From the NCBI GenBank assembly GCA_043228905.1, contig JBHGNT010000015.1, forward strand, positions 13,020,001-13,084,000: 64,000 nt of DNA. Reading direction: 5' to 3'. Of the stretch, positions 1 to 12,447 are shown one piece after another (positions within the stretch are counted from its first letter, which is position 1; each line of letters starts with the position of its first letter). The notes under the pieces are model-generated. The model was not told the DNA's origin, did no database searches, and saw only the letters and a list, made by a program, of their open reading frames with translations. The position numbers and the translations under genes were made by a program. This DNA comes from Azolla caroliniana (lineage: Eukaryota > Plantae > Polypodiophyta).

Positions 1-627
1 CCGGAACCGAAGAAGATTTTGGAGAGAAGAGGAACGTCAACAATCACGACAAGTGAAGAGGAATTGTTGCTAATTACCAAAGAGAGTGAGCTGCACCTTG
101 TCAACGATGAATCAACTTGGGTGGTCGACTCCGGAGCGTCGTTCCATCTAACCCCAGACCGGAAGTGCTTCATGTCTTATAGAGCCAAAGATCACGGTTT
201 TATAAGGATGGGGAATGAAGGAGCATGCCAAATTGTTGGCATAGGAGATGTGTGGTTGACAACGTCAACCGGGTGCAAGTTGGTGTTGAAAGATGTCTAA
301 CACATTCCGAAGGTTCAACTAAACCTGATATCAGCCGGTCGGCTAGATGATGAAGGCTACACGGGTAGCATCTAGAATGACACAATGAAGTTTCGCAAAG
401 GAAGCCTGATCGTGACCCGAGCACGGAAGATCAACACGTTATATATGATGCATGCCCGGATATGCCGGGAGGAAGTGAACGTGGCATTCGACGTTGCCGG
501 TGAGCTGTGGCACAAGAGGTTGTGGTACATGAGCCAGAAAGGAATGAGAAGACTTGCCGAAGACAACCTCATTCCGGAGGTGAAAAATGTGCAGCTTGAG
601 AAGTGCATTGATTGCTTGGATGACAAG

Positions 628-648
628 CTAAACCCTAAACCCTAAACC
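628..648 (+). repeat. Interstitial plant telomeric repeat, (CTAAACC)x3
   Basis: ctaaaccctaaaccctaaacc inside the Copia-1 integrase region, creating a stop. Confidence 0.7.
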
Positions 649-2437
649 TCTTTCCGGTCGAGGGCACCGATGAGACGGAAGGCACCACTTGAACTCGTGC
701 ATACCAACGTATGCTCCGTGGACACGACCTCACATGCCGGATCGCAGTACTTCGTGACATTGACAGGTGACCACAACTAGAAGCTATGGGTATTCACACT
801 AAAGACAAAGGACCAGGTATTATCCGTCTTCAAGGAGTTCCATGCAAGAGTAGAAAGAGAAACTGGCCGGAAGTTGAAGGTGGTTCGAGCGGATAATGGA
901 GACGAATATCGGGGGCAGTTCGAGGAGTATTGCCGGTCGAAGGGAATCCGGCTCCAATTCACCGTGCCAAAGACACCAGAGCTGAATGGACTTGCCGAGG
1001 GAATGAGCCAGATCGTAATGGAGAGAGTACAGAGTATGCTTGCACATGCGAAGTTGTCTAAGATGTTCTGGGCTGAAGCGTTGATGATAACGACGTGCGT
1101 GATAAACAGATCACCCTCAGCACCCTTGGACGGAGACACACCACTGAGTAAAAATGTATCTTATCGGCATTTAAAAGTCTTTGGCTATCTCGCCTACATA
1201 CACATAGCAAAGGATAAACAGGGAAAACTGGACCTGAAAACTCGGCCATGTATATTCCTTGGATACAGTAATGATGAATTCGATTACCGACTATGGGGCC
1301 TAGCTGAAAAGTAATCCGGGGTCAGGACATAGTCTTTATGGAAGACAAGACCATCGTCGACTGGGAATTGGAGAAGAAGATAGTGTTCTTCGGGTCAACT
1401 GATAGAGATCAGTTGGAAGATGCAAGGATCTATCCGGTCGGAAGCTGGATGTAAGCCGAAGACCATGTTGAACCGGCCGGATTCGAACAAAGAGCCGAAT
1501 TGACCGAAGAAGGATCCGACACCGGAACCAGACAAGACCCCGAATCGGATTCAGATGAACAACTGATTGAAGAATCGGTGGACGAAAACCAAGGAAGACG
1601 ATATCCTCTTAGAGAGAAAAGCCCCCTGGAGATTTCCGAATAAAGAGCTAGTACTGTTAATTGATGAGGGGGAGCCAAAAAGCCTTGAGGAAGCAAAGAG
1701 GGACACCCATAGCCGCAAGTGGTTAAGTGCCATGCAGGATGAGATGGATTCCCTACATGAGAACCACACATATGAACTGTCGAAGCTGCCGAAAGGAAAG
1801 AGAGCGCTCTGGAAGAAGTGTGTGTATAAATTGAAACCGGGAGATGCCGGAAATCCACTAAGGTACAAAGCCCGCATTGTGGTGAAGGGTTTTCAGCAGA
1901 AGAAAGGAGTGGATTTCAATGAGATCTTTGCCTCAGTAGTGAAAATGACTTCCATCCGGACTGTGTTGAGCATAGTGGTAAGCATGGACCTCAAGGTAGA
2001 GCAACTAGACATCAAGGCGCCAATCCTCCATGGTGACCTTGAGGAGGAGATCTACATGCATCAGTTAGAGGGATTTGTCAAGAAAGGAAAGGAGAACCTG
2101 GTGTGTTGGTTGAAGAAGAGCTTATACGGATTGAAGCAAGCTGCCTGGCAATGGTACCAAAAGTTCGACTCCTTCATGACTGGCCAAGGATACCATAAAA
2201 TGTAGGCTGACCATTGCGTGTTCGTGAAGAAGTTCGACGGATACAACTTCTTAATACTCCTGTTGTATGTGGATGACATGCTAATCATCAGACCGGACCG
2301 AATCAAAATCGGGATGCTGAAGAAGGCCTTGAACCGGACTTTCATGAAAGATTTGGGTTCGGCAAGACAGATATTGGGGATGCACATAGTCGGGATCGGA
2401 AGAAGAAGCTATTGTGGCTGTCACAGAAAAAGTACAT

Positions 2438-3465
2438 TGTCGCGATATTCCTCGAGTACGTGTAGGATCCGAGGCGGGACCACGGGGGTCTTGGACTAGG
2501 GAGTAGAGGAGAAGGAATAAGACACAAAATGGAAGCTTAGCTCAAGAGGAGAAGAGGAAGAATAACACATAAACATAGAATAGAATACATGGAGGCAAGA
2601 TACACCCACAATACAAGAAAATCAACATGCTATATTAAGAGTTCACAAAAGATTACAACCAAGGCCGCATAGGCCGCACCAAAAACGACTACAAGAAAAC
2701 CCTCACCGGATGAGCAAGTAAAGAAGTATAGTAAAACCCTAAAGGAGACCCAAGAAGAAACCCTAACCGAAACCCTAAAACCGAATAGGAAACCCTCCAC
2801 CCAAGTGGTATGCCTCTCCCCCCTCCAAATAGACAACCCTTTCACAAGTGACCCCTCACTCCCTTTTATACTAGTAAGGGGTGAAGAAACCCTAGAAGAA
2901 ACCCTAAAACTGAATAGGAAACCCTCCACCCAAGTGGTATGCCTCTCCCCCCTCCAAATAGGAAACCCCTTCACAAGTGACCCCTCACTCCCTTTTATAC
3001 TAGTAAGGGGTGAAGAAACCCTAGAAGAAACCCTAAAACTGAATAGGAAACCCTCCACCCAAGTGGTATGCCTCTCCCCCCTCCAAATAGGAAACCCCTT
3101 CACAAGTGACCCCTCACTCCCTTTTATACTAGTAAGGGGTGAGGCACATTACAAAGGTAGTCAAATCCCCTTCCATTAAATGGGGAATATTTGGCCTTGA
3201 TCTTAAATCGATGAGCCTTTAACTCTCTCTCTTCTATCACATTTACACTCAATGCCCACTACTTATTCTACTCTACAAAGTGCACATCACATTTACACTT
3301 AACAACTTTCGTGGAGCACCTTAACACTTTAGATTCTACCCTTCCCTTTTACACTTGTTCACTTATTCTTATTACACAAATTTATAAATGCATGTGCAAT
3401 GTTGCACATCCCCATTTTATTTGTCTCTCCCGGTTTTCTCACCGTAGCCGAAAATCTTCACGACA
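2438..3465 (-). mobile_element. Solo LTR of a Gypsy family related to Gypsy-D, inserted in Copia-1 RT
   Basis: Ends tgtcgcga...tcacgaca; the right end is the reverse complement of tgtcgtgaagattttcggc, which starts the LTRs at 48451 and 53874; the Copia reading frame resumes after it; TSD degraded (acat/aagt). Confidence 0.8.
2755..3143. repeat. Three tandem 129-bp repeats inside the solo LTR, containing aaacccta motifs
   Basis: Near-identical units with 129-bp period (e.g. ccctccacccaagtggtatgcctctccc recurs three times). Confidence 0.92.
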
Positions 3466-4033
3466 AAGTGATGACGGTGCTCCATAGGTTCAACATGACG
3501 GATGCAAAGCTGGTCAGGTCGACACTTTCGACAAACTGCAAGTTGTTTAGAAAACGAAGTCCGAAGACAATGGTGGAGAAAGCAGAGATAACAAAGGTAC
3601 CATATGCCTCTGTTGTCGGAAGCCTAATGTATGTTATGGTATGTACCCGATCGAACATCGAAATCCATGGCATTGTTGACAACGGATGCGGAGTACATGG
3701 TAGTTGCAGAAGCCAGCAAGGAAGTGATCTGGATGAAGGACTTCATCAGAGAGCTAGGGATCCAAGAGGAGGAATTTTGGCTCTACTGTGATAGTTAGAT
3801 TGCCATCCACCTCGCGAAAAACACAACCTACCATTCCAGAACCAAGCACATCTAGAGAAGATATCATTCGCTCTAGGAGAGGTTAGAATATAAAGACTTT
3901 GCTCTGATGAAGATCCATACTGAGGAGAACGGGCCAGATATGTTGACCAAGGTGTTGTCAACCGACAAGCTGGACAAGTGTTAGAGACGGATCAGATTGA
4001 CAAGACATCCCATGTCGGAGTGAGGGGGGAGTT

Positions 4034-4286
4034 TGTTGGGAAACTGGTCCCTCCAAATGAGAACCGGATGAGCCGAATCAGATGAAGACAGAGGAAGAAA
4101 CAAGACTAGATGGATCCGGAAGGGTATCCGGCTGAATCCGGTGTGAACTAGAAAACAGGGACATCTTGGTAAATATGTTTCCAATGCGCCTATTGAGGCT
4201 ATACTTGTAAATAGCCCAAAAGTTATATGCATATAAATATAACTAGGGCAATAATAGTTTTGTGTGAGTTGTCATTCTTATTGTTG

Positions 4287-4370
<84 letters not shown>

Positions 4371-4530
4371 CTTTTCTATTGGAACCGCAGGTTGGTGAAG
4401 ATAGAGCTCGCGATCGTTGCCTCTAAGTGTCATATTGTAGTACCTCTTCTCTATAGTGAACCTATTCAGAGCCAGTGAACTCCCATGGTTTTGCCTCTCG
4501 AGGTTTTCCACGTTAATATCCTATGTCAAC
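4034..4530 (+). repeat. 3' LTR of Copia-1 (right end eroded; end coordinate approximate)
   Basis: Starts TG immediately after the PPT; contains tataaata and a (GA)n tract. Confidence 0.7.
4290..4368. repeat. (GA)n microsatellite
   Basis: About 39 GA dinucleotides. Confidence 0.99.
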
Positions 4531-4797
4531 TCATACATATTTAAAACAAAAGTATGTATGTTCCCGCATATTAATTTATTCTCAACAAGTATACCCAATC
4601 ATGAATGATCATTTTGGTTTCCTTTATTCAATTCGAAGTTATCACTTTGTATTCGAAAGAAACCAAATCATGAAAGATTATTTCATATGAGAAGTTATAT
4701 ATTTAATCTCAATTTTAGCCAATCTTGAAGGATATGTCTGCATTAATTGTGAAGTCGTTAGAGAGCTTGGGAAATACTAACGAAGACCAGTTGATTG

Positions 4798-4871
4798 TGG
4801 CCAATGGAGGTTTCGAACCTGCGACCTTCGCGTTATTAGCACGACGCTCTAACCAACTGAGCTAATTGGCC
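4798..4871 (-). tRNA. tRNA-Ile: tRNA-Ile(AAT)-like gene, copy 1
   Basis: Minus strand GGCCAATTAGCTCAGTTGGTTAGAGCGTCGTGCTAATAACGCGAAGGTCGCAGGTTCGAAACCTCCATTGGCCA: cloverleaf, AAT anticodon, one T-stem mismatch. Confidence 0.92.
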
Positions 4872-5695
4872 ATGTCTATTTTGTACATTGCCAAGCCTAC
4901 ACATTGAATGTTTCCTTTTCACATTTTGAAAGTATACTAAAACGTTATATACTCGTGCGACATGAATGAATAAATAAATCTTTTCCAAACTTGTTGTAGA
5001 GGTTTCCTATTCGTGTTGCCTATTCCTAATTATCATTTTATCCTTAATGTGTAGATGGAGTCTCTAATGATTGTTTTGTATTCGAAGTTATCATTTTATC
5101 CTACAGAAGCATACCCAATCAAGAATGATCGATTTGAACTAAAAGTTATGATTTTATCCTCAGGATATATACCCAATCGTGAATGTTCACGACTTAATAT
5201 GGGTAAGTAGCTTACCTTTTGTTTTTAATTTTTCTATTTGAAGTAAACCCAATCACGAAGGATGATTTTGATCTATAAGTGATCAATCTATTCTGAAGAA
5301 ATATGCCCAATTATGAATGATTATTTTCCTTTTCGAAGTTATTAATTTATTCTCAACAAGTATACCCAATCTTGAATGGTAATTTTTTGTTTCCTTTATT
5401 CAATTCGAAGTTATAACTTTGTATTCGAAGGAAACCAAATCATGAAAGATCATTTCATACAAGAAGTTATATATTTAATCTCAATTTTAGCCAATCTTGA
5501 AGGATATTTCTGCATTATAAGTTACAATTTTATCCTAAACGTGTATCACCAATCGACAATAATCTCGCCTTAATATGCGGCAACATACATACTTTTGTTT
5601 TAAATTTTTCTAGTTGTTGTCAACAAACTTTATGGATATTCGAATGGTGAAGTCGTTAGAGAGCTTGGGAAATACTAACGAAGACCAGTTGATTG

Positions 5696-5769
5696 TGGCC
5701 AATGGAGGTTTCGAACCTTCGACCTTCGCGTTATTAGCACGATGCTCTAACCAACTGAGCTAATTGACC
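5696..5769 (-). tRNA. tRNA-Ile: tRNA-Ile(AAT)-like gene, copy 2 (mutated)
   Basis: Same sequence with substitutions in the acceptor and T stems. Confidence 0.82.
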
Positions 5770-5813
5770 ATGTCTATTTTATGTATTGCCAAGCCTACAT
5801 ATTGAATGTTTCC

Positions 5814-6278
5814 TTTAAAGAATCAATGATGATTCTTATGTAGCGGAATAGATGTGTGTTATGTGCGTATATGTGTGAGAGAAGAAGAGTGGAGAGAAAA
5901 GAGAACTCAAGATAGATAAATGATAGGAAAATAGAATGCTCAAGAAGAAGGTGTATATTTCACAAGTAGAATGAGATTTACCAAATGTAGCATAACAAGG
6001 AGTCACAACCGACTTAGTATGAAGTATGATGAGGGTGCTTTATATAGAGTCACTCTCTCTCTTCATTAACTTTACAACAACCACTCTCTCTCTTGGGGAA
6101 TGTGAAGACTCATAGTCATGGGGAATATGTAACTCATTAGTTATGTGTCATAGAATATGATTCTATGACACATAGTTAATGTATAGAGAGTAGTGGTGTG
6201 ACTCTTGACTTTTGAGTAATCATGGATTCTCAAAAGGTGTGTTCACACCTTGTGCTATGTTGAGCTTGATTCTCAACA
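5814..6278 (-). repeat. 3' LTR of Copia-2
   Basis: Direct repeat of 10746-11207; terminal tg read as tt. Confidence 0.92.
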
Positions 6279-6365
6279 CGCCCCCTCAAGCTCAAATCGG
6301 GTTGGTTCCTTTCGATTTATGTCCACTTCGGTTGGTATCCGGTTCGGATGATCTCTGGTGTCCGC

Positions 6366-9300
6366 TCAAGCTTGGAAAGTCAGGAGCGTCAATCCAAGAT
6401 CTGACATGAAGTGCCGAAGCTTGTCGGCTCTTAGGGCCTTCGTGAAGATGTCAGCCATTTGAAGATTTGTATTGATGTGTTGAAGGTCGACATCTCCGGC
6501 TTGAACACGCTCCCGAATGAAGTGATAGTGCAGTTCGATATGCTTCATGCGTGCATGGAACACCGGTTTCCGAGCTAGATAAATACTGCTCATGTTGTCG
6601 CAGTAAAGGGGAGTCGGATCCTTGATGGGAACGCCCAAATCCTCCAAAATCCTCTTGAGCCATACGGCTTCACACGCAGCTACGGTTCCACCCCTGTATC
6701 CCGCCTCCATACTCGAAAGAGCGACGGTAGGCTGCTTCTTGCTACTCCATGAAATCGTTCCGCTGCCGAGGGAGAAGACAAATCCGGAGGTCGATCGTCG
6801 ATCGGCTTTGTAGCCAGCCCAATCCGCATCTGTGTATCCTTTGAGTCGTATTGGTGTGGCCGATGCATAGAGAACGCCGTAATCCATTGTGCTGCTCACG
6901 TATCGTAATACTCGCTTAGCGTAATCGAAGTGAGTGTTGCGTGGTTTTTGCATGAATTGGTTGAGGAGTCCGACTGGATAGCTAAGGTCGGGTCAAGTGA
7001 TCGTGAGGTAGATGAGGCTCCCGATCAGTTGACGATATTGAGTCGGATCGCACTCGTTCGTGCCGGAGTCGGCATCTAGTTTGAGGTTTCTATCGAGAGG
7101 CGTAGCAATCGATTTGCACTCAGTCATCCCGAACTTGTATAACAAGTTGAGAATGTAGCGCCGTTGAGAGATCATAATGCCGACCGAAATCCGAATTACT
7201 TCGATGCCAAGGAAGTAATGGAGCTCCTTCATGTCCGTCATCTCGAATTTTCCAGAGAGGAGGGACTTGACCTTGTTGATGTTGACTAGACTTTCACCTC
7301 CAATGATCAGATCATCTACGTATAGGATGATGACAATTAAGCTTCTAGAGTCGTGTCATACGTAGAGGGAGTTGTCGGATTTTGACATTCGAAAGCCGAT
7401 TTGATGAAGATAGTGCGTAATCTTCAAATGCTAAGCATGCGGTGCTTGCTTAAGGCTGTAGAGTGGCTTCTTGAGTTGGCATACGGCTTTTGGATGAATG
7501 CACGATTCAAAGCCCAATGGTTGTACCATGTACACCTCCTCGTCTAATTCGCCTTGGAGAAAGGCGTTCTTGATGTCCATTTGGTGGAGGTGCCCCCCTT
7601 TTGCCGCTGCAAGTGCGATCACGGTCCGCACCGTCGTCATCTTTGCCACCGGGGCAAAGGTCTCTTCATAATCGACGCCATGCGTCTGAGCGTATCCTTT
7701 TGCTATGAGTCTAGCTTTGTAGCGGTTTACGGAACCATCAGCGTTATACTTCACCTTGTAGATCCATCTGCAAACCGATTGCCTTCTTGCACAGTGAGTG
7801 GGGAACGAGATCCCATGTCTCGTTCTTGTGTAATGCACGCATCTCCTCGTTCATTGCTTCGATCCATCGCGGGTCCTTCACGGCTTTGGAAAAGTTTTCC
7901 GGCTCCCGTACTGTTGCTACCTTCATCACAAAGGCGTAATGGTACGCCATATAATCGTTGTAGCCAAATCGGCTTACGGGGTTCTTTTCACGGGTGGATC
8001 GGCGAAGCTTCTCGTTTGCGGATACTATGACGTTCTCTGCTCCATTTGTCCGGATCTCAAGGGCTTCGAACTCACTATCGAGGGAGTGAGTTGATTCGTT
8101 GCCGTCGAAGTGATCGTCTTCATACTCCGGCATTTTCGCCTTCCCTTTGTCCATGTTCGGACTCGGCTGAGATGTGCTTAGATTGCTCGAGGGCTCTTGT
8201 GGGCCACTAAGGCTTGTCGTAATTGGGCTTTCTTCAAACATGCGCATGAGTCGATCATCGACTTCTATCTCTATTTCGACAGAATCCGGGTCGAGCGGAA
8301 TCGAAGTCGAAGTTGACTCTGGTGCGTACCAAGATGCGGACTCGTCGAAAACGACGTCTTGACTTACGCGAGATTTTCGAGTTGAGGGGTTGTAGCACTT
8401 GTACCCCTTTTGCTCCAGTGAATATCCTACGAGGATACATTTCTCCGACTTCGGGTCGAGCTTTTGACGCTTCTCGTCGGGGATGTGCACGTATGCAATG
8501 GAGCCAAATACCAGAATATGCGATAGGTTTGGCTTCTTTCCGAAGAACTTCTCGTGCGAAGTAAGTTTGTGCACACCCGATGTCGTACACTGATTCATGT
8601 GATAGACGGCCGTGTTAGCTGCTTCCGCCCAATACGATTTTGGCATGTGCTTTTCGTTAAGCATAGCCCGTGCCACTTCGAGGATGTGCCGATTTTTACG
8701 TTCAGCTAGTCCGTTTTGTTGCGGCGTATGTCGACACGGAAACTCTCGCTGTATTCCTTCTTTCCGTAGAAACACCGAAAATTCGTCGGAGAAGTACTCC
8801 TTGCCTCCATCCGACCGAAGACATCGTACATGTTGGCCCGTGGTTTTCTCGACTTCATTCTTGAATTTTTGGAAGTGTTCGAACACTTCGCTCTTTTGCC
8901 ACATCGGGTAGATCTAGGTGTGTCTAGAGAAGTCGTCGATGAAGGTCACGTAGTATTGGCTTCCGCCGAATGTCGCCGTTTGAGCTGGACCCCATACGCC
9001 TTTGCTCACATTCCGCTCCTTCGGAAATGGGTGCTGATGTTGCTTGCTGAATTGGCAAGCGGCACACACACCTTCAATCTCTTTCTCCGTGAGTGTCGGG
9101 AGCCCGATGATGACTCCTTTCGATTGCATTGCCTTGAGCTTTTGGAGATTTATATGGCCAATATGCTTGTGCCATAACTCTATGTCGGAATCAGCTTTCA
9201 CGCCCTTCACGAACATGGCCAATTTCATCTCGTGTGAGTCGAGAATGAACATTCGGCCCTCTCTTCGTCTGCGAGCGATGAGTCAGCCCTCTTTTTCGAT

Positions 9301-10578
9301 GAAGCAACCGCCTTGATTAAATCGTACTTGCATTCCTTGCTCTACAATTTGGCCGACAGAGACCAAATTCTTCGTGATAGTTGGTACATGCAAGACATTT
9401 TTAATATAAGTTTGCTTACCTTCTTCTCCGAATGGAACATTGCCGATGTGCCGAATCGGGTGCGTAGTGTCGTTTCTGGTTTCGACATAGCCAGGTCAGT
9501 CCGGCTCTCAAAGTTCTCGGAACCATTCTTGATGCGACATCATATGGTTCGAGGCATCGGAATCGACGAACCATACGTCTTACGAACCGGAGGCACTAGT
9601 GGAAGTAGAGGCCGACAAAGAATTTGCTCTATGCCTCATCAAGAACATTCTGCCGCGATCATCATAATCGGAGTTGATGGCGTAGTTGGTGAGTTGTTGG
9701 CTAGTGGAAGCCGACTCGCGTATCTTCTTACGACATTCTTTTTCGTGGTGACCGATTTTTCCGCAATATTCGCATTCGACCAAGCTTTGTCAGTTCGGAC
9801 CGGAATGGAAGCTCCCCCTTCTTCTGAAGGTTCCTCGATGGCTTCCGTCTTGATGCCGAAATTGCGAGTTGTTTTCGTAAATCGGGCCTTGTCCGCCTCG
9901 TTCGCCACGTCCTTGGCCAAATCGGCCTCTTCTTGCATAGTCACGTCCTGTTCCTCCGTCCAAATGCGTGTAGAGCATTTGGCCTTCCAAGGCATTGTTC
10001 CTTGTTCGAACATGATTCTCTTCAACCAACAACATGGATTGAAGATCGAAGAAGGAGGGCGGATTCTCCCGTGCTAGTACGACGGTCCGCATCGCGCCGA
10101 ATCATGGTGCAAAGCCGCCGAGGCATATTTGCACCATCTCATCATCGTCCACATTGACACTTATCGAGCCGAGTGAGTCGCAAAGCTCCTTGATCTTCAA
10201 GGTGTAGTTTGTAATGGACATATCCCGTTGTTGAATGTTATTCAACTCTTGGCGGAGTTGAAGCTTTCTCGCAGTCATGTTGGCGGCGAAAATCTTTCGT
10301 AGATTCTCCCACGCTTGCTTTGGTGTCTCGGCTTCTCGAATGTCGTCGAGCATGTGGTCATGAACACATGTCGCCAAGCAATACATCACTTGGCTTGCCA
10401 CTTGCTCCCACATTGCATAGTCGGCGTCTTCCGGCTTGGGTCGGTTTTCTTGTGCTCCCTTGATGTAACCCCAATAGCCTTGGCTGACAAGGTATTGGTG
10501 CATCTTGTACTCCCAACATGCGAAGTTGTTTCGATCCAACTTCTCGCTAGGGAGAGCGCTCCCCATTTGAGCATTCAT
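6366..10578 (-). pseudogene. gag-pol: Copia-2 gag-pol with frameshifts and stops
   Basis: Gag (EKLDRNNFACW), zinc knuckle CEYCGKIGHHEKEC, integrase (LRSDGGKEY, QQNGLAERKNR), RT (YKARLIAKGY), RNase H ([16 protein letters not shown]). Confidence 0.93.
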
Positions 10579-10745
10579 TGTCGATTAAGCTTCCTTTCTT
10601 CTTTTCCTTCTCTCTCGAACACGAGCTATGTAGTGGCACTACGATAGCGATGAGCCGGTTCTTCTTGAACGTCGACGTAGATCACAACACACGATCACGA
10701 TGAGGCGAGTGGGCTAGATCGAGCTACCAAATCGCTCTGATACCA

Positions 10746-11207
10746 TGTAAAGAATCAATGGTGATTCTTGTGTAGTAGAATAAATGTGTGTTATGTGCGT
10801 ATATGTGTGAGAGAAGAAGAGTGGAGAGAAAAGAGAACTCAAGATAGATAAATGATAGGAAAATAGAATGCTCAAGAAGGTGTATATTTCACAAGTAGAA
10901 TGAGATTTACAAAATGTAGCATAACAAGGAGTCACAACCGACTTAGTATGAAGTATAAGGAGGGTGCTTTATATAGAGTCACCCTCTCTCTTCATTAACT
11001 TTACAACAACCACTCTCTCTCTTGGGGAAGGTGAAGACTCATAGTCATGGGGAATATGTAACTCATTAGTTATGTGTCATAGAATATGATTCTATGACAC
11101 ATAGTTAATGCGTAGAGAGTAGTGGTGTGACTCTTGACTTTTGAGTAATCATGGATTCTCAAAAGGTGTGTTCACACCTTGTGCTATGTTGAGCTTGATT
11201 CTCAACA
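10746..11207 (-). repeat. 5' LTR of Copia-2
   Basis: tgtaaag...ctcaaca, adjacent to the PBS. Confidence 0.94.
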
Positions 11208-11361
11208 CTTATAATCCAGACATATCTTTCAAGATTGGCTAAAATTGAGATTAAATATAGCACAATGTGTGAACACATAGCAACGTGTATAACCAATCGA
11301 CAATAATCTTGCCTGAATATGCGGCAACATACATACTTTTGTTTTAAATTTTTCTAGTCGT

Positions 11362-11397
11362 AACACGTTCGCATTCACAAGTGGAAGGATTGCGCAT
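11362..11397 (+). repeat. Left terminal inverted repeat of the Sola-like element
   Basis: Reverse complement of 22732-22758 and of 63654-63689, with a longer match to the latter. Confidence 0.88.
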
Positions 11398-12447
11398 TCC
11401 ACTTGTAGAATCTTCTTGAAACCCTCCTAATACACCCTCTCTACAAATATTGGCTGCACTAGTATCACATGTTCCACAATTTGATTAGAATTTGCAAATA
11501 TAAAAATACATGATAGGTCTACGAGTGGAGATCATTAGAAATCATGCAAGTTTGGACGTGTTGATAAGTTAATGTAGGCATAATAAAGTTAAACAATGAC
11601 TCAATATGTCACTAATGCGCGACAAGGGAAACACTAAGTTAAAGACTTATATTAATTTGGTAAGTTTACAAAAATATGAGGTATACTTGTATCCATACTA
11701 ATAAAATGAGTTATAATTTATACTTTGACCCATACGTGCATGTATATAATTGTGGACAATGTAGGATAGTGCACTTTAGGATAATGTGATTGGAATAACT
11801 AACTTATCAAAGTATTGAATACTTGTATTTAAAGTTGATCTAATCTATTCCTTAGTTTGTTCGTATGGGATCAAACCATATGTATATAATTGTGGACAAT
11901 GTAAGACAGTGAACTTTAGGATAATGTGGTGTAAATAACAAACCTATTAAGGCTTTCATGCCTGTATTTAAAATTGATCTACTCTATTGCTTAGGTGATT
12001 CACACAGGATCAAACTCCGAACGATAACGCAAGTGGAACTACAAGCATATAAAAACATGCGGATAACGCTAGTGGAACCATTATCAACACACTACACAAT
12101 CTAAGCAACAATGGAATAGAAACATAATAGTTTTAACAATAGAAGACAAAGATCCATAATAACAACATGGACAGTCATGGCAACAATTGTACGAACATGT
12201 TATGTTAAGGTTAGCTTGGACCAAAATCAGCCTCAATTTAAACTAATTCATGTTTCTCCATAAATTTGGTAGTCAGCTATGCACGCGGTGAAACCAATGC
12301 CATAATTCTACTAACCAAATATATAAAAATAAAATTGAAACATATAGAAGATTATAAAGAATAGAATCCACCAAGTAAAACCCAAAATTTGTATTAATAA
12401 TGTAAAATCCAAACAAATCGTCAGTGTCATTTTCTTCATAGAGTCTA

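Larger units (their letters stand above)
19..4023 (+). pseudogene. pol: Copia-1 pol (PR-IN-RT-RH) with stops and frameshifts, split by a solo LTR
   Basis: ORF fragments 19-300, 385-645, 874-1314, 1567-2205, 2218-2437, then 3466 onward (VLHRFNM..VPYASVVGSLMY). Confidence 0.9.
1..4530 (+). mobile_element. Ty1/Copia LTR retrotransposon (Copia-1), degraded; 5' part outside the window, 3' LTR truncated
   Basis: Protease WVVDSGAS, GAG-pre-integrase LWHKRL, integrase (RADNGDEY, ELNGLAE), RT (YKARIVVKGF, LYGLKQA, LLYVDD) and RNase H remnants in Copia order; PPT gagggggag at ~4022-4031 followed by LTR start tgttggg at 4034. Confidence 0.93.
4574..5813. repeat. tRNA-Ile-containing ~898-bp satellite, left block
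   Basis: tRNA copies 898 bp apart; spacer matches the units at 22.8-28.8 kb. Confidence 0.93.
5814..11207 (-). mobile_element. Ty1/Copia LTR retrotransposon (Copia-2), full length, degraded
   Basis: LTRs 5814-6278 and 10746-11207, a few percent diverged; PBS tggtatcagagc (tRNA-iMet) at 10734-10745; PPT cttgagggggcg beside the left LTR; no matching TSD. Confidence 0.96.

Noticed and set aside
2630-3179. ORFs with 43-aa repeats
   Set aside because: Translation of the 129-bp LTR tandem repeat on both strands
4227-4511. RE/SL-repeat ORFs
   Set aside because: Translation of the (GA)n microsatellite
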